Source: Octopus sinensis
Taxonomy: Eukaryota
Direction: 5' to 3'
Length of the DNA stretch: 64,000 nucleotides
NCBI RefSeq assembly: GCF_006345805.1
Contig: NC_042997.1
Span: 60,760,001-60,824,000, forward strand
Made by a program: the position numbers and the translations under genes. Position 1 is the stretch's first letter, and each line of letters opens with the position of its first letter. The notes below the pieces were generated by a model. It worked only from the letters and a program-made list of their open reading frames with translations. It searched no databases and was not told the origin of the DNA. Positions 24,500 through 37,727 of the stretch are shown here, piece after piece.

Positions 24500-27400
24500 A
24501 ACAAGTAACTGAGTAAAGCTGGGTTAAAAATTGTGGCAATTGTGAATCAATACATCCTCCCAGATTCTGTCCTGCATATGTGAACAAATGATTTGAATGT
24601 GAGAGATTGAACTATTCCAGCAAATTAAGACCAAAACCACTGTATTCTACCAAACCTGTCTATAACATTAAACTTATGAATCTTAAAGAGTTTGAAGAGG
24701 AAGTAACTTTGAATGTAAATTGTGCAACAAATAATAAATTGAATAGACATCCAGTATCAAGAGTGGATGCTTCAAAGGATGGATTCTAATAAACAAGATT
24801 CAATGGATTAGTGCTCCTAAATTGAAAGAAATTGAGAAATATCTGGTGTTGATAAACTAGTACTGGTGCAGTATGTTGCATTGTTCTAGCCTTACTGTAC
24901 AAACTAGTACTGGTTACTGGTGCAGTATGTTGCATTGTTCTAGCCTTACTGTGAATGAAATTGTCATTAATCCTCAAATCTATTGAGACACATTTAACTT
25001 CTGATGATGGTTCAATAACTAGATGTAGTTGGTACTAAAACAGTCTTCACTTTAGAGATAAATAAAAAAAATAAAAAGCATCACATCTGTTTTGTTAAAA
25101 GTTAATAATCTTTATAACTTTGGCTTTATCAAGGCTGATACTCTGAAAAATATATCATGCAGCTGTGTTTCTAACTATTTGACATCAGTAAAACATTTTA
25201 ATGCTATCAGGTAAAGTTAAATATAAAATTTGTTCAGGGTGACATGTTACAATACACCTATAAAAAGAAGGTTGAAAATGAACTTCCCAGTCTTGCAGTA
25301 ATGTCCATATGAAGGTATCAACAATGCATCACGATTTGTTTGAGTGTGAAAGAAAGTAAATTAAGAATGAGTATTGATTACAAAATGCATTTAAATAATA
25401 AGATTAAGACTATCATATTTTCTTATTTAAATCCTTATCTAGAAACCAACATTGACTGATGAGCAAGAAACAAATTTTCCCTTCATATTGCACTCTTTGA
25501 ATCAATTGAATAATTCTTTAAGAACCTGCATGCAATATGTGTAAGCAATGATCTTTATTGATCCATAAATTTCTGCTGAGCCTAACATAACAGCAGTTCC
25601 ATTTTCCAACATTCTATGGAGTCTATACTGAAGGGAAGTAATGACATAATCATTTGTGAGAAACGCACTCATCTTTACAACAACCTATAATATATTAAAG
25701 AATTAAGAAAATGTGATTATTGCTAGACTGAAAGGAGCCAGTTTATTAAGTAATCCACATAAATGTATTCATCATGCATCTTCCTTTAATTTCTTAAGAG
25801 TGGATACTTCAAAGGATGGATTCTAATAAACAAGATTCAATGGATTAGTGCTCCTAAATTGAAAGAAATTGAGAAATATCTGGTGTTGATAAACTAGTAT
25901 TAGAAGTTTATACCAACATTTACAAATGTAGTTGAACCAAAGTTTACAAAAATAGTTGCAACAAAAAGGAATGTTTTTTTTTACTCATGGAATGCATCAA
26001 GACCAGGCCTTTCAGGTAATAAAAGAACTTTTTAGATTATATTCTGTTTGGCAACATTCACTACTAAGAGGGGAACAACTTTCAGTGTATTTGTTTCTAA
26101 ATTGAGAGTAGCAGGCATAATGTCTCTAAATGGAAAGCACAAACCACATGTTAGTCATACATTTGAGAATACCTAAGTGATTTTGGGTCAATATTGAATA
26201 TGAAACCTATATGGTGATATGATGGGTGAAAAATTGAGATCTTTTCTATTAGGGAAAGTTTCCACTTTGAAAATACATTTATAATTAACTTTTTTAAAAG
26301 CTTGATATATGAATTTCTCAGTAAATTGCCAGAAGAGCTATCATATGACTTCAAACTTGTTTACATGCCTAGTAAAACTATCAGTCATATTGATGCTCTG
26401 AGCAGATTGAAATGGGATTCAGATCAGTCTGATACAATCACTGTCCTAGGTAACAAGAGCATCACTGGCATTGTCTGTATTTGTTTATCATAATTTTATG
26501 TCTGTTTTATGTATTACAATCTGACATTGGTAATGATGAAAGAATTTTTGCTGAGGGCAAGGAAGTTGAAGATATAAAAGATAATTTTAAAGAATTCACA
26601 CTTGATTCTTGTTTACAAAATCACAACGCTGGAAAATATTGATTTTAGACTAATTCTTTTAGAATGACAATTTACCAGATTGTGGAGAATAGTCCTATCT
26701 TTAATAATCGCTGCAAATTTTGGCACAAGGCCAACAATTTTAGGAGAGGGGTAAGTCAATTACATTGACCCCAGTGCTTGATTGGTACTTATTTTATCAA
26801 CCCCAAAAGGATGAAAGGCAAAACTGACCTTGGCAGAATTTTAATTCAGAATGTAAGAATGGATGAAATGCTACTAAGAATTTGTCTAGCATGCTAATGA
26901 TTCTGCCAGCTTATTTCACTCTTATCTTTAATAAAACAGGCTAAGTCATAATACACACATAAATGTTCAATCAAAATTAAAAAATAAAATAAAAACCCAG
27001 GGATTAATCTTGGTAGAAACTTTAAAGAATTTGTTAGATCTTGTGATGTGTGCTTAAATTAAATTTAAAGACACCCTTTGTGCTGATAAATGGCCCAAAT
27101 CACAGATCAGGGAAAGGTTACATATGGAATGGGAATAAATAGAGCATATTGGGAAAATTTTGTTCGTAGTCAAGTTTATTTATTCCAACAGAAGTTTTGA
27201 AAATGTAAGGTATAGCTAATTTGCTATTTTTCCTAGATCTTGTGTTTCAATGACAGTGGTATTAGATAATGCACTAGAATTGATTTAGTTAAAGGAACAG
27301 TTAAACTTATTTGCAAGAAAATTGATTCTACTTACAGTCAAATATTTAGTGATGCAGCAGAAAGAGCTGTGCAAAGAATAAAGTTTGCATTAAAACCTTC

Positions 27401-27700
27401 CAGTGCATCAGCTGATAAAGTTAATGAGTATTTGTTAAAGTTTCTTTTTAATTCATTGTGCATCTCCAGTTGAGAAACTACATAGTAGACAATTAAGAGT
27501 AGTAGTAAGCTATTTTAAAAAGGTTGAACAACTGGTTAATTACAAGAACAGTATAATGAAATTTCCTGCAGATGCGTGTCATTTGACTACAGACCAGATT
27601 AAATGTGAAGATGAGAATTTTCTGTGAGTGTCAGTTGAATAAATTGCTTCTAAATACATTCCCTAACTACATCAGTTAATCATGATTTTAGTTTTGATCA
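24500..27700 (+). mobile_element. Heavily decayed and rearranged Gypsy-type LTR retrotransposon pol
   Basis: About 25360: LRMSIDYKMHLNNKI (RT start). ORF 26302..26493: YDFKLVYMPSKTISHIDALSRL (RNase H end). About 27350: DAAERAVQRIKFALK (integrase). A SINE is inserted at about 26710-26915. Confidence 0.65.
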
Positions 27701-28419
27701 TTGGAGATAAATAGCAAACGTCATGAAGTTTAATGTCAGCTAATAATTTATGATTATTAAAAAAAATATCAAATTGAAGTAAATGATATTATTAACAGGT
27801 TAATATCACCCATTTTCCATCTCTTATATAACTGCCTGTTTATTAAGTAATTCCCTGAATCCATTTCCAACAATTCAACATTAACAATTCCCATAACTAT
27901 CACTGCAGCTCATATTCAATCTCTAATTTCTTTCATGTGTCTAACACTTTACCTCATGCTGAACTACAATGAGGCTTTAACTAAGCTTCATAGTAATTTA
28001 ATGGGTAATACAAAACCTCCAACATAAGAACTGCAGAATCCTAAAAGGATATTTAGAAATTACAAAGATATAATGAGAAATATGATTCATTTTTTGTGGT
28101 TACATTTGTAGTATTCCATATAATTGCTTATGTAGATCTCTGCTCAGTAATTAGTATATATGTGTGTGCAGAAAATGAATGACAAGAATGACACATGCTT
28201 GGTGAGAATGAAGAGCAGTTTTAACATGCCGTTTGGATAATGTTGCATTTACAACAGATATCTGAGGATATGAACTTGCCCTTGATATTAGATTACCTAC
28301 ACTATTTTCTATTACTCAGCTACCCAACAATAGTTACTATGCTCATTACTCTTTTATTTTGAAAGAAAAGATGTTATCCTCAAATGACTGATGTAGCAGT
28401 ATCATTGTCAATTACAAGA

Positions 28420-29400
28420 AAAAAATACTTGCACTGGAGAAAGGTCATTATTGAAGCCTTAAATTGATGAACCAGGTCATGAAAGTAGATAAATATGTTA
28501 CTGAGAAGTTAGTGCAATACAAGGTTGGTTTGGATAGAGTTCAGTTTTAGTTCGGACCAAAATCTATATTTTTAATTATACTAGTTCAAAAGTGATCCCA
28601 GCTAAACCTCTCAGACCTCTATCTTGCATTTATCAGTTTGGATAGAGCTTTGAAAACTCTTCTGAACTCAGGTAAGTATTGATCAAATTGGGTGTAGATG
28701 AATGCCTTCTACAAGTTGTTTGAGACCAGTAGGAAGGTACTGTGAAAAAAGGTTAGGATTAGTAGAAAACTCAGAATGAATTTAATGTACAGGAACATTC
28801 AGCAGTAATTTTCACAGATCCTCTTCATATTCTTTATAGTACCCGGAATAATAGCCTAAGTGTTCAGAACTAGTTGTCATTGGGAATTTTTGTGCATTGA
28901 TAGCCTGGTACACATAGAAATGGCCAACTGTTAGAAAGGAGTTTGACAATAAAGAATTTTTCTCAGTTGTATGAAATGTATGTAAGAAGTGTAGCCATGC
29001 AATGTCTTAGATGCTCAGCTATAGATAATCTGTGAAGGCTAAAGAAAAATATGTAATGAAAAAAAACATAAGCAAGCTAAGAAGGTGTTGAGGAATTAAA
29101 TCACCAACTGATGTATGGGAAAAAGATGATTGCACTACTGGTACAGATATGATATGAACATGAATGATAAATGATGGGTCAAAAAAGTGTCATGACTTAA
29201 CTGTGGAAGGTATCAGTGACAGAGAAAAATTAAGGAAGATATGAGAGGAAGCAGCAAAACTAGGATGTTAGGTTCTCTCAGATATGACAAAAGATCATGA
29301 AAAGTGATGGTATGCCATACTGCAGATCTCATCAATCTATATTATCATGGAAAAATGGCTGTGAAAAAAACAATGACAACCTGCTAGTGATGATAATGAA
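28420..29400 (+). mobile_element. Decayed RTE-clade LINE 3' coding region
   Basis: About 29130-29260 reads, with stops and frameshifts, like LHWYGHV..WVKKCHDLTVEG..R.KPRK.W, the typical RTE C-terminus. Confidence 0.55.
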
Positions 29401-30524
29401 TTTGACTGACTCAATAAAATATTTTCAATTCAATATTCTAATATTTTCCATGCTTTGACATGCTTGCATGGGCTGGACAAACCTTCTGAAGTAGTGTCTT
29501 GTTATATTTCTATGTCATCTCTTTAGTGAGAATCAAACTTCTGAAATCAGATTTCATCACTTCTCTTAACTTCCTTTCCACAGGTTCCTTTCACATGGCT
29601 TGCTTGGCACTTCTCTACCCACTGTCTTCTTTCATTCACATCACATCTTCATACCAGGGCAGACTTCTTTCGAAACCACTACATCTAATCCATCTTATAT
29701 TCAGTTTTTCTCTCAGTTTATGTTTCTTTGTCCATTATATAGTCAGCAGAGTATGCTTGCCTCATTTCTGTACAATATTTATCAGATTAGTTTAAATTTT
29801 CTGATTTGCTAAAAATATCAAGCAGTGTTACTTAATGTTACATCTTAGTTCTAAATTTTCAGGTATCACTAGCTTTGAACAATCCAACATACATTATTGC
29901 TATAGGTTAAGTAAACAAGCTTTCACACTTGTTATTTTGTAGTTAATCAAAATTTCATTTCACAAACTGATAATATTGACATTAAAATCAATAAATTCAA
30001 ATCAAAGAATGATTTATTCTTTACTTTCAGTTCACATCAAGCTACAGCACTAAAAAATATTTCTGTTGTTTAACTCTAGGTCAGCCTTAACTATAGATCA
30101 GCCTATGATCAAATGCATTCCAGCAGTGACAATCCCATATGTTGTATATTTAAGGACCACATTATCCAACATGCTTTTTCTTTCTAATGTCTGAACTGAG
30201 GGAAATTTGACTGCAATTTCTAACATAGAACAAGTGTGTAGGGGTTCTCTTAAAGTCTCAAATCAATAAATAGTATTTTTAATTTTGGTAGCTTATACAT
30301 AAGAAAGCACTCTCTATAGAAATAAAGCAAAGAGATACAGAGGAAAAGACACCAACAAATAGTACTATAATGATTAATAGTAACTACATAATTACACTTT
30401 CTACACACTTGTACAAATGCAAACAGTAATTCTCAAAAAAGTAAAATACCTTCAGTAGAGTTGCTTTATCAAATCTAGCATATACATAATCCAATATAGC
30501 CATTAAAAATAGATATGAATGCAA

Positions 30525-30526
<2 letters not shown>

Positions 30527-30573
<47 letters not shown>

Positions 30574-31607
30574 TTCTTTACTACCCACAAGGGGCTAAAC
30601 ACAGAGGGGACAAACAAAGACAGACAAACGGATTAAGTCGATTACATCGACCCCAGTGCGTAACTGGTACTTAATTTATCGACCCCAAAAGGATGAAAGG
30701 CAAAGTCGACCTTGGCGTAATTTGAACCCAGAACATAGCGGCAGACAAAACATGGCTACGCATTTCGCCTGCCGTGCTAACGTTTCTGCCAGTTCACCAA
30801 GAATAAGAATAATAAGAATAATAACAACAACAACAACAATAATAATCTGTCCTACTATAAGGATAAGGCCTGAAATCTTGGGGTAGGGAACTAGTCGATT
30901 ACATTGACCACAGTGCTCAACTAGTACTTATTTCATCAAATCCTGAAAGGATGAAAGGCAAAGTCAAGTTTGGCAGAATTTGAACTTAAAACATAAAGAC
31001 AGATGAAAAGCCGCTAAGCATTTTGCCTAATGTGCTCATGATTCTGCACACTAGCTACATTAATAATAATAATAATAATAATAAATAATAATAATAATAA
31101 TAATATAATAATAATAATAATAATTTCTTTACTACCCACAAGGGGCTAAACACAGAGGGGACAAACAAAGACAGACAAACGGATTAAGTCGATTACATCG
31201 ACCCCAGTGCGTAACTGGTACTTAATTTATCGACCCCAAAAGGATGAAAGGCAAAGTCGACCTTGGCGTAATTTGAACCCAGAACATAGCGGCAGACAAA
31301 ACATGGCTACGCATTTCGCCTGCCGTGCTAACGTTTCTGCCAGTTCACCAAGAATAAGAATAATAAGAATAATAACAACAACAACAACAATAATAATCTG
31401 TCCTACTATAAGGATAAGGCCTGAAATCTTGGGGTAGGGAACTAGTCGATTACATTGACCACAGTGCTCAACTAGTACTTATTTCATCAAATCCTGAAAG
31501 GATGAAAGGCAAAGTCAAGTTTGGCAGAATTTGAACTTAAAACATAAAGACAGATGAAAAGCCGCTAAGCATTTTGCCTAATGTGCTCATGATTCTGCAC
31601 ACTAGCT

Positions 31608-31640
<33 letters not shown>
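30527..31640 (-). repeat. Near-identical tandem duplication of about 551 bp, each unit holding two tRNA-SINE copies separated by (AAT)n
   Basis: Identical track ORFs at 30656 and 31207 (offset 551). Units are bounded by (AAT)n tracts. Confidence 0.9.
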
Positions 31641-31642
<2 letters not shown>

Positions 31643-32960
31643 CTTTTCTACTATAGACACAAGGGCCTGAAATTGTGGGGAAGGGCCACCAAGCATTTTG
31701 CCCAGTGTGCTAACGATTCTGCCAGCTCACTATCTTAAATAATAATAATAATAACAATAATAATAACAACAATTGTTTCTAATATTGGCACAAGGGCAAA
31801 AATTTTAAGAGAAGGGTTTAATCAATGCCACTGACCCCACTACTATATTTTAACAACCCTCAAAAGATGAAAGACAAAGTTGACCAAATAAGATGTGGAT
31901 ATGTAACATACGAGATCTGATCAAAAAGTACTGGGATTGTTGCTATGGTAATGCAGCTAAAGCACACAGAGTGAAGCTGCTTGGTGTAGATTGACCTTGA
32001 ACTGTGTCATGTATGCATACTAAGTTATAACATTTCTGTTGTTTATAGCAGTGCTTGGAAGTAAAGTGTATACAGCATGGTCATCTCACCACATGACAGA
32101 GGTTCTATTAATGACCAGAGAAAATATGAGGCAGAGAAAATATATGTGCATGCACGCATGTGCGTGCATACAAATGTGTATGTGCGTGTGTGTGTGTGTG
32201 TATGTGCACATGTCTGTCTGTGTGATGGTTATTATGGCCAAGAATCTTTCCAAAAAAGTCAAGTCCTGCATGGAAGAACAAGATTTCAAGACATGAAGGA
32301 AATCCAAGAGAATGCAACAAGGCAGCTGTTCACTATCCCCAAAATGGAATTCCAGGAATACTTCCATCAATAGAAATGATGCTGAATAAAGTATGTGGCT
32401 TCAGAAGAGGAACTACTTTGAAGGAAATTAAATAATGAATTGACAGGTGTTGTAGTTTACCACTTACGTAGCATCAGTCCTAATACATTTTGATCAAAGC
32501 TCATAAAGATCCAGATAAAACACTGCAAAGCATTTTGTTTGATGCTTGAGCAATTCTGTCTGCAGATGTTGATGATGATAATAATAATAACAGTTTCTAA
32601 TCTAGGTACAAAGCCAATAAGTTTGAGAGAAGGAGGTTAGTTGATTCCATCAACCATCGTTCTTGACTGGTAGTACATTTTAATAAACTCAAAGGATGAA
32701 ATGTAGGATTTGAACTCAGAACATCATCGTCATCATACTATTATTAATAATAATTCTCTCCATTAAAGGAACAATTCCTGAAATTTTGGGAGAAGATGCA
32801 AGTTGAATGCATTGAGCCCAGTGCTTGACTGACCCCAAAAGGATAAATGCAAAGCTGACCTCAGTAGCATTTGAATTTAGAATGTAAAGCTGGAAAAGAT
32901 GCTACCATGTATTTTATCCAACATGGTAAAGATTCTGAGAGCTTGCTGCCTTGGTAATAA
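31640..32960 (-). mobile_element. Further degenerate tRNA-SINE copies of the same family (about 31640-31890, 32590-32720, 32760-32955)
   Basis: Recurring gaccccaaaaggat..aaag..gacct..gaatttgaactcagaa core. Confidence 0.65.
31909..32440 (+). mobile_element. Mariner relic
   Basis: Starts tacgagatctgatcaaaaagta (mariner-like TIR). ORF 32077..32373 ends HGRTRFQDMKEIQENATRQLFTIPKMEFQEYFHQ, resembling a mariner C-terminus. Confidence 0.7.
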
Positions 32961-33399
32961 TGACAATAAGTGAGGTCGTAAGGTTTGTCTCAATTTACAC
33001 AGGTGATGTAAAAAATATAGATATACCATTTCAGACAAGTGATATAATCATGTACTAAAAGAAGAAAAAAAAAAAACTATAAATGAACTTGGTAAGTGAA
33101 AAATTTCTAAAGATTTCAGAAATCCATACAGAATGACTCAACACTGTAGACCAGATATCAATATACAGAATCAGTTATCATCTGAGTTAAAATCCATTAT
33201 ACAGGTTGGATACCGAGCTTGTTTTCTTAGAAAGTTACTTTCTATCTCAGGCTTTTTGTTAAAGCTTGACAGTTAATATGAAGAAAGGAGGGAAAAAAAC
33301 AATATCTTATAACCCCACAGTAAAATATTGTTATATACTACTGTAACAAATAATAAAATTTAAAAAATGTACTCTTTAAAGGCTATATTCAAAACTTGT

Positions 33400-34085
33400 A
33401 GTGCTCTGGAAGAGAAAACAGAAAAATATGGAAGAAAGGAAGTCAAATTTTGAAAGAAAGCAGCATTATTTAGTGTTTTTCATAAATACAAAAGTGGTTA
33501 TGGGATGACAAGTATAGCTAACTCTGGTTACAGAATAGAATATAGATAAAAGATCAAAGGAATGATTTTAGCAGTACATGAACAAGCCCTAAGGGCAAAA
33601 TGAATCAAAATCATGGTAGATCAGCCAGACTGGTCATCTAATTATAAAATGTAAAGCAATCCACATGTAACTAAAGCTTACATTGAATTGGAATGTCCAA
33701 AGTTAACTCAGATTGAATGAAATAAGTATAGGTATCATAAGATTGTTGTAGTAATTCACTAGAATTCCTGCAAGAGATTCAGTTTCGCATGAATGCAAAA
33801 GAGCTTTTTGCATTCATTTTGTAGGAATAGAAATGGAAATCCTTAAAAACGATGAATGAGGAGGTTATGGGACTTACCTATACTAAACAAATGGAGAACA
33901 GAATGCAAGTTGGGTATTGTAGTCATTGATAAAGAGAAACTATGTATCGTAATTGATGTGGAATGTCTGTTAAATACCATAGTAAAGAAAAAGGAGTCAT
34001 GATCCAATCAATTAATCTTGGAAAACTAGACCTTACTTTAATAGTGGGTGTATTGCAGGAAACCTTTTTACCAGCTCTGTTAAAA
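33400..34085 (+). mobile_element. Decayed RLE-type (R4/Dong-like) LINE 3' region
   Basis: Reads GMILAVHEQALRAK..ECPKLTQ..YHKIV.. then GIVVIDKEKLCIVIDV in broken frames, typical of the zinc-knuckle/RLE end. Confidence 0.55.
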
Positions 34086-34546
34086 ATCATCCAAATAAGC
34101 TTTGATACAAAGTAAGAAAAGATATGAAGAGTGGAAAAACACTTTTATATAGATGGTATAAAAGTGCTCCTCATCCAAGACAGTGAGTTGTAGTTTGATT
34201 GGAAGTAAAATTAAACTGGTTACAACACCAATACTGTGTAACCAAATAATAAATAATATACTGTTGATACTGTTGATATATACACTTTGATGCACTTCAT
34301 CATAGATCATTGTTTATAAGTTGAAGGCAGTTGTATATAAAGCTTACTGTGCTGGAAGTAACTATATTCACCTTTTTTAAAAAAATCTAATATCATATAA
34401 CTATAATTTCCAATAACTATATTTTAGATAGGCACAAGGCTATATATTTATACTAGAGAAGTGTAGTCAGTGAAATCATATTTGGTACAGGCATGAATGT
34501 ATGTACTTATGCATGTACATACGTATGTGTGTGTGTGTATACGATA

Positions 34547-35427
34547 TGAGGTGTAGTCAAAAAGCATCCAACCTTTGGCAAAAAAACAAACAAGTAATAT
34601 TAAAAATCTCACCATTTTGATCTAGTCTTCTTCAAAGTGTTAACCTTGGAATTTTACACACTTCTGCCACTGTTCCTACCACAACTGAAATCATTTCTGG
34701 AAATCACATTTTGGGATGCTGTGGAGCTGTGCTGTTGAATTTTGCTTAATTTCCTCTGTTGACTCAAATCTTTTCCCTTTGGGTGTTTTTTGAGCTTTGG
34801 GAATAGCCAAAAGTCACATGGAGCCAAGTTTGGGGAGTAGGAACCTTGACAAACAAGTGGTGTATTTTGCTTGACAAGGAATGCTTTGATGACATGGGTG
34901 GAGATGCCTGTTGTCATGGTGGAGTTGCTAGTTCTTTGCAGCCCACAGGTCAGGTTGTTTTTGCCACACAACTTCATGAAGGTGACGAAGAACCTTTGCA
35001 ATCATTTCATCATTTCTGTTAGTTGATGGTCTGCTACAATGTAGCTCACTGTCCACTGAGGTGTGGCCATCCTTGAACTGGTTATACCACTCCTTTATTT
35101 GTGCTTTTCCTGTAGCATCATCCCCAAAAGCCTTCTGAATCTTCTCGATAGTCTGGGCTTGTGTAACACCAAGTTTTAGGCAGAATTTGATACAGTATCT
35201 TTGCTCAATGCAATTGGTCTTCTTGACTCAAACAGAAAAATCACATAGCACACTCTTCACATCTGTACTCAATGTGTCACTGTTGGCGACTGGTGCAACC
35301 TACAGACATAAAAATTTTTCCACATGCTCAGGAAGGATGCAACCATGCAGGATGCAGATTTTGTTCACGCATTAATATTTTGTGCAAAAAAAAAAATCAA
35401 GTTTGGATACTTTTTGACTACACCTCA
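34547..35427 (-). mobile_element. Internally deleted mariner element with TIRs
   Basis: TIRs tgaggtgtagtcaaaaagcatccaa and ttggatactttttgactacacctca. ORF 34654..35001 contains SYSPNLAPCDFWLFPKLK. Confidence 0.88.
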
Positions 35428-36849
35428 GATGTATATGCAGATATGTATGTACATATATATAAGTATATATGTGAGTGTCATTACACACAGACACACACAA
35501 CACCATAATCAATGTTCAGATTCAAATAAATGCATGAAATGTGGCTTGTTTTTGTGGCAAAAACTGTTTTTGCCATAAGGATTACAAATATATCTGTATA
35601 AAATTGTGTGCAATGCTCTGAGAGATAAAACCTTGAGTATTCAATATATTCAAATAGAAAATTTACTTTAGTGTCTTTTAAATGCCCCATTAAGAAATCA
35701 ATATTTGATTGATAATGTGTGTTAATATATGGAAGAAATAAAACTCAAGTTTATGTAATCTTGTTTTATAAATGAGAACAAAGTTGGTTACTTTATATTT
35801 TTAGCTATATAATAAATGAGGATCACACACTTATCTGCGAGGACTAAAATGATTTCGTTGAAGATATATTTTACTTCATCAGTTGTATCGAGAATCTGCA
35901 CCAAAGATCACTATTTATAAGTTGAAAGCAGTTTCACATAAAGTTTCCTAATTTGAAAATAGTCTAATGTCATGCAATTATAATTTTCAGTAACACTATT
36001 TTAGATTGGTACATAGCTATATATCTGTACTGTTAGGATGAGTTAAAGAAATCATACCTAGTATATAACCAGTTCTTACCAGGCTTAAAGAGCAAAAAAT
36101 TTTTTGGATCCAGTAAGTTTTGTATTCAGAATATAGAGAAACGAAACTCCATACTAAGGTATTTTAAACTAGCAGTATCATTTCTGTTTCCTCACTCATC
36201 ATCATCATCATTTCGTCATTATAATCAACGTCTATGTTCAATACCTGCCTGGGTAAGATAATTTGACATGATTTTGTAGGTCTGCACTATGTTTTGGTGT
36301 TACCTTTGGCATGATTTCTACAGTTCGATGCAATTCCTAGTGCCAACAACTTTACAGTATGTACAGGATGCTTTTTTGTGGTACCAGTACTAGTGAGGTT
36401 GCCATGTAGCTTGCAAGACTGTGATCTCCTTTGACTGAGAAGGAATACAGTAGAGAAGGAAGTGGCTTTATGTTAGGAGATAAAAAGTATAAGAAAAAAT
36501 ATATATATATTCACATATACATATGCATGTAGATATTGTACAGTTATTTGTATACATATGTGCGTGTGTGTATGTGTGTGCATGCATTCCTAGATACATA
36601 TGCATCATCATTTAATGTCTACTTTACCATGCTTGCACAAATCAGATGGAATTTGTTGAGGTAGATTTTCCACAGACAGATACCCTTCCTGTCACCAACT
36701 CTTATTTGTTTCCAGGCAAGGTAATATTTCTCATGGCCAGGCATGTTTTTCAGTGGAAGACTGGAAATGGAGAACATCACTTGTATGATGGTGATGCTCA
36801 CTTACATCCATCACAGGATGTTTGGACAAGGGTACATACGCATACATAT

Positions 36850-37580
36850 ATATATAAAAGGGAACTCCCTTCTATTATCCCTGTTCATCTACTATTTCCA
36901 CTGTTATAAATTGCTATCTTCACCCCTGATACCGTGCATCTCTCACACATCTCACCCTACAAAATTCACATCATCTGCACTGCTTCCTATTACCTCCCTG
37001 ATCCACTCATATTTCCTCTGCTTTCTCCTCCAATTGACATTCACAATTGACCATGTTTCCACTTGTGTTCACCACTCACTGTATTCTCTTCTGTCTCCAT
37101 CTCTATCATTCATCTGCTACTTTCCTTCCACACTCTTGTGAACCTACACGCTTATCCACCCACTATGTCCAATCTCCTGAACAACTTCTCTTATACTGAC
37201 TTTCGTATAACTTGAAGGTACATGCTGACACATTTCCACAATCATCCTTTCTCTTTACCAGCTAGGGTAACCATCTATCTCTCCTATAGCAAACCACAAG
37301 TTTCTGTTCCTTTATCATACTTTAAATGCTTATAACCTGGCATAAAGTCACCTCCCTCAATACTACATCCCCTCAGATGAAAAGTCTTTCCTCATAGGTG
37401 TTAGTGCCACATAAAAAGCCCCCAGCACTCTATGTAAAATGTTACATTAGAAAACATGTCAAGGCATATATATATAAATATATTTCCCTCAATGTAACCA
37501 TCTCACATTGTCTCTGATGAAGTGATATCCGTAATATCCCAGAAACAGCTGTAAGACTAACTTTCTCTTTGATGTCTCAT
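36850..37580 (+). mobile_element. Penelope-like 3' region/pseudo-LTR carrying a minimal hammerhead motif
   Basis: A CT-rich tract is followed by a CTGATGA..GAAACAGCTGTA core at 37514-37553. Confidence 0.55.
37510..37557 (+). ncRNA. Minimal type I hammerhead ribozyme motif, probably degenerate
   Basis: Stem I gtct/agac; core CTGATGA 37514-37520; stem II gatat/atatc; GAAA 37542-37545; palindromic stem III ACAGCTGT; cleavage triplet GTA. Confidence 0.6.
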
Positions 37581-37727
37581 TTTATTTAACATATACATAC
37601 TTGTACTAGACCCCCATCAGACTCCTCACTTGTATTATTATCATACCGAGAGTTTAACTATGGTCCTTCCCTAGCACTTACATAGCCTTACCTGCCACCT
37701 TGGGTCTTCTGGATACCAATACCTCTC

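Noticed and set aside
30527-31900. Regularly spaced repeated units that could look like a CRISPR or other array
   Set aside because: The units are 200-550 bp SINE copies and duplications in a eukaryotic intron, with no short repeat-spacer structure and no cas genes.
33027-33097. Plus-strand acceptor/donor pair (catttcag ... gtaagt)
   Set aside because: All three frames contain stops and I found no other plus-strand exons to connect it to.
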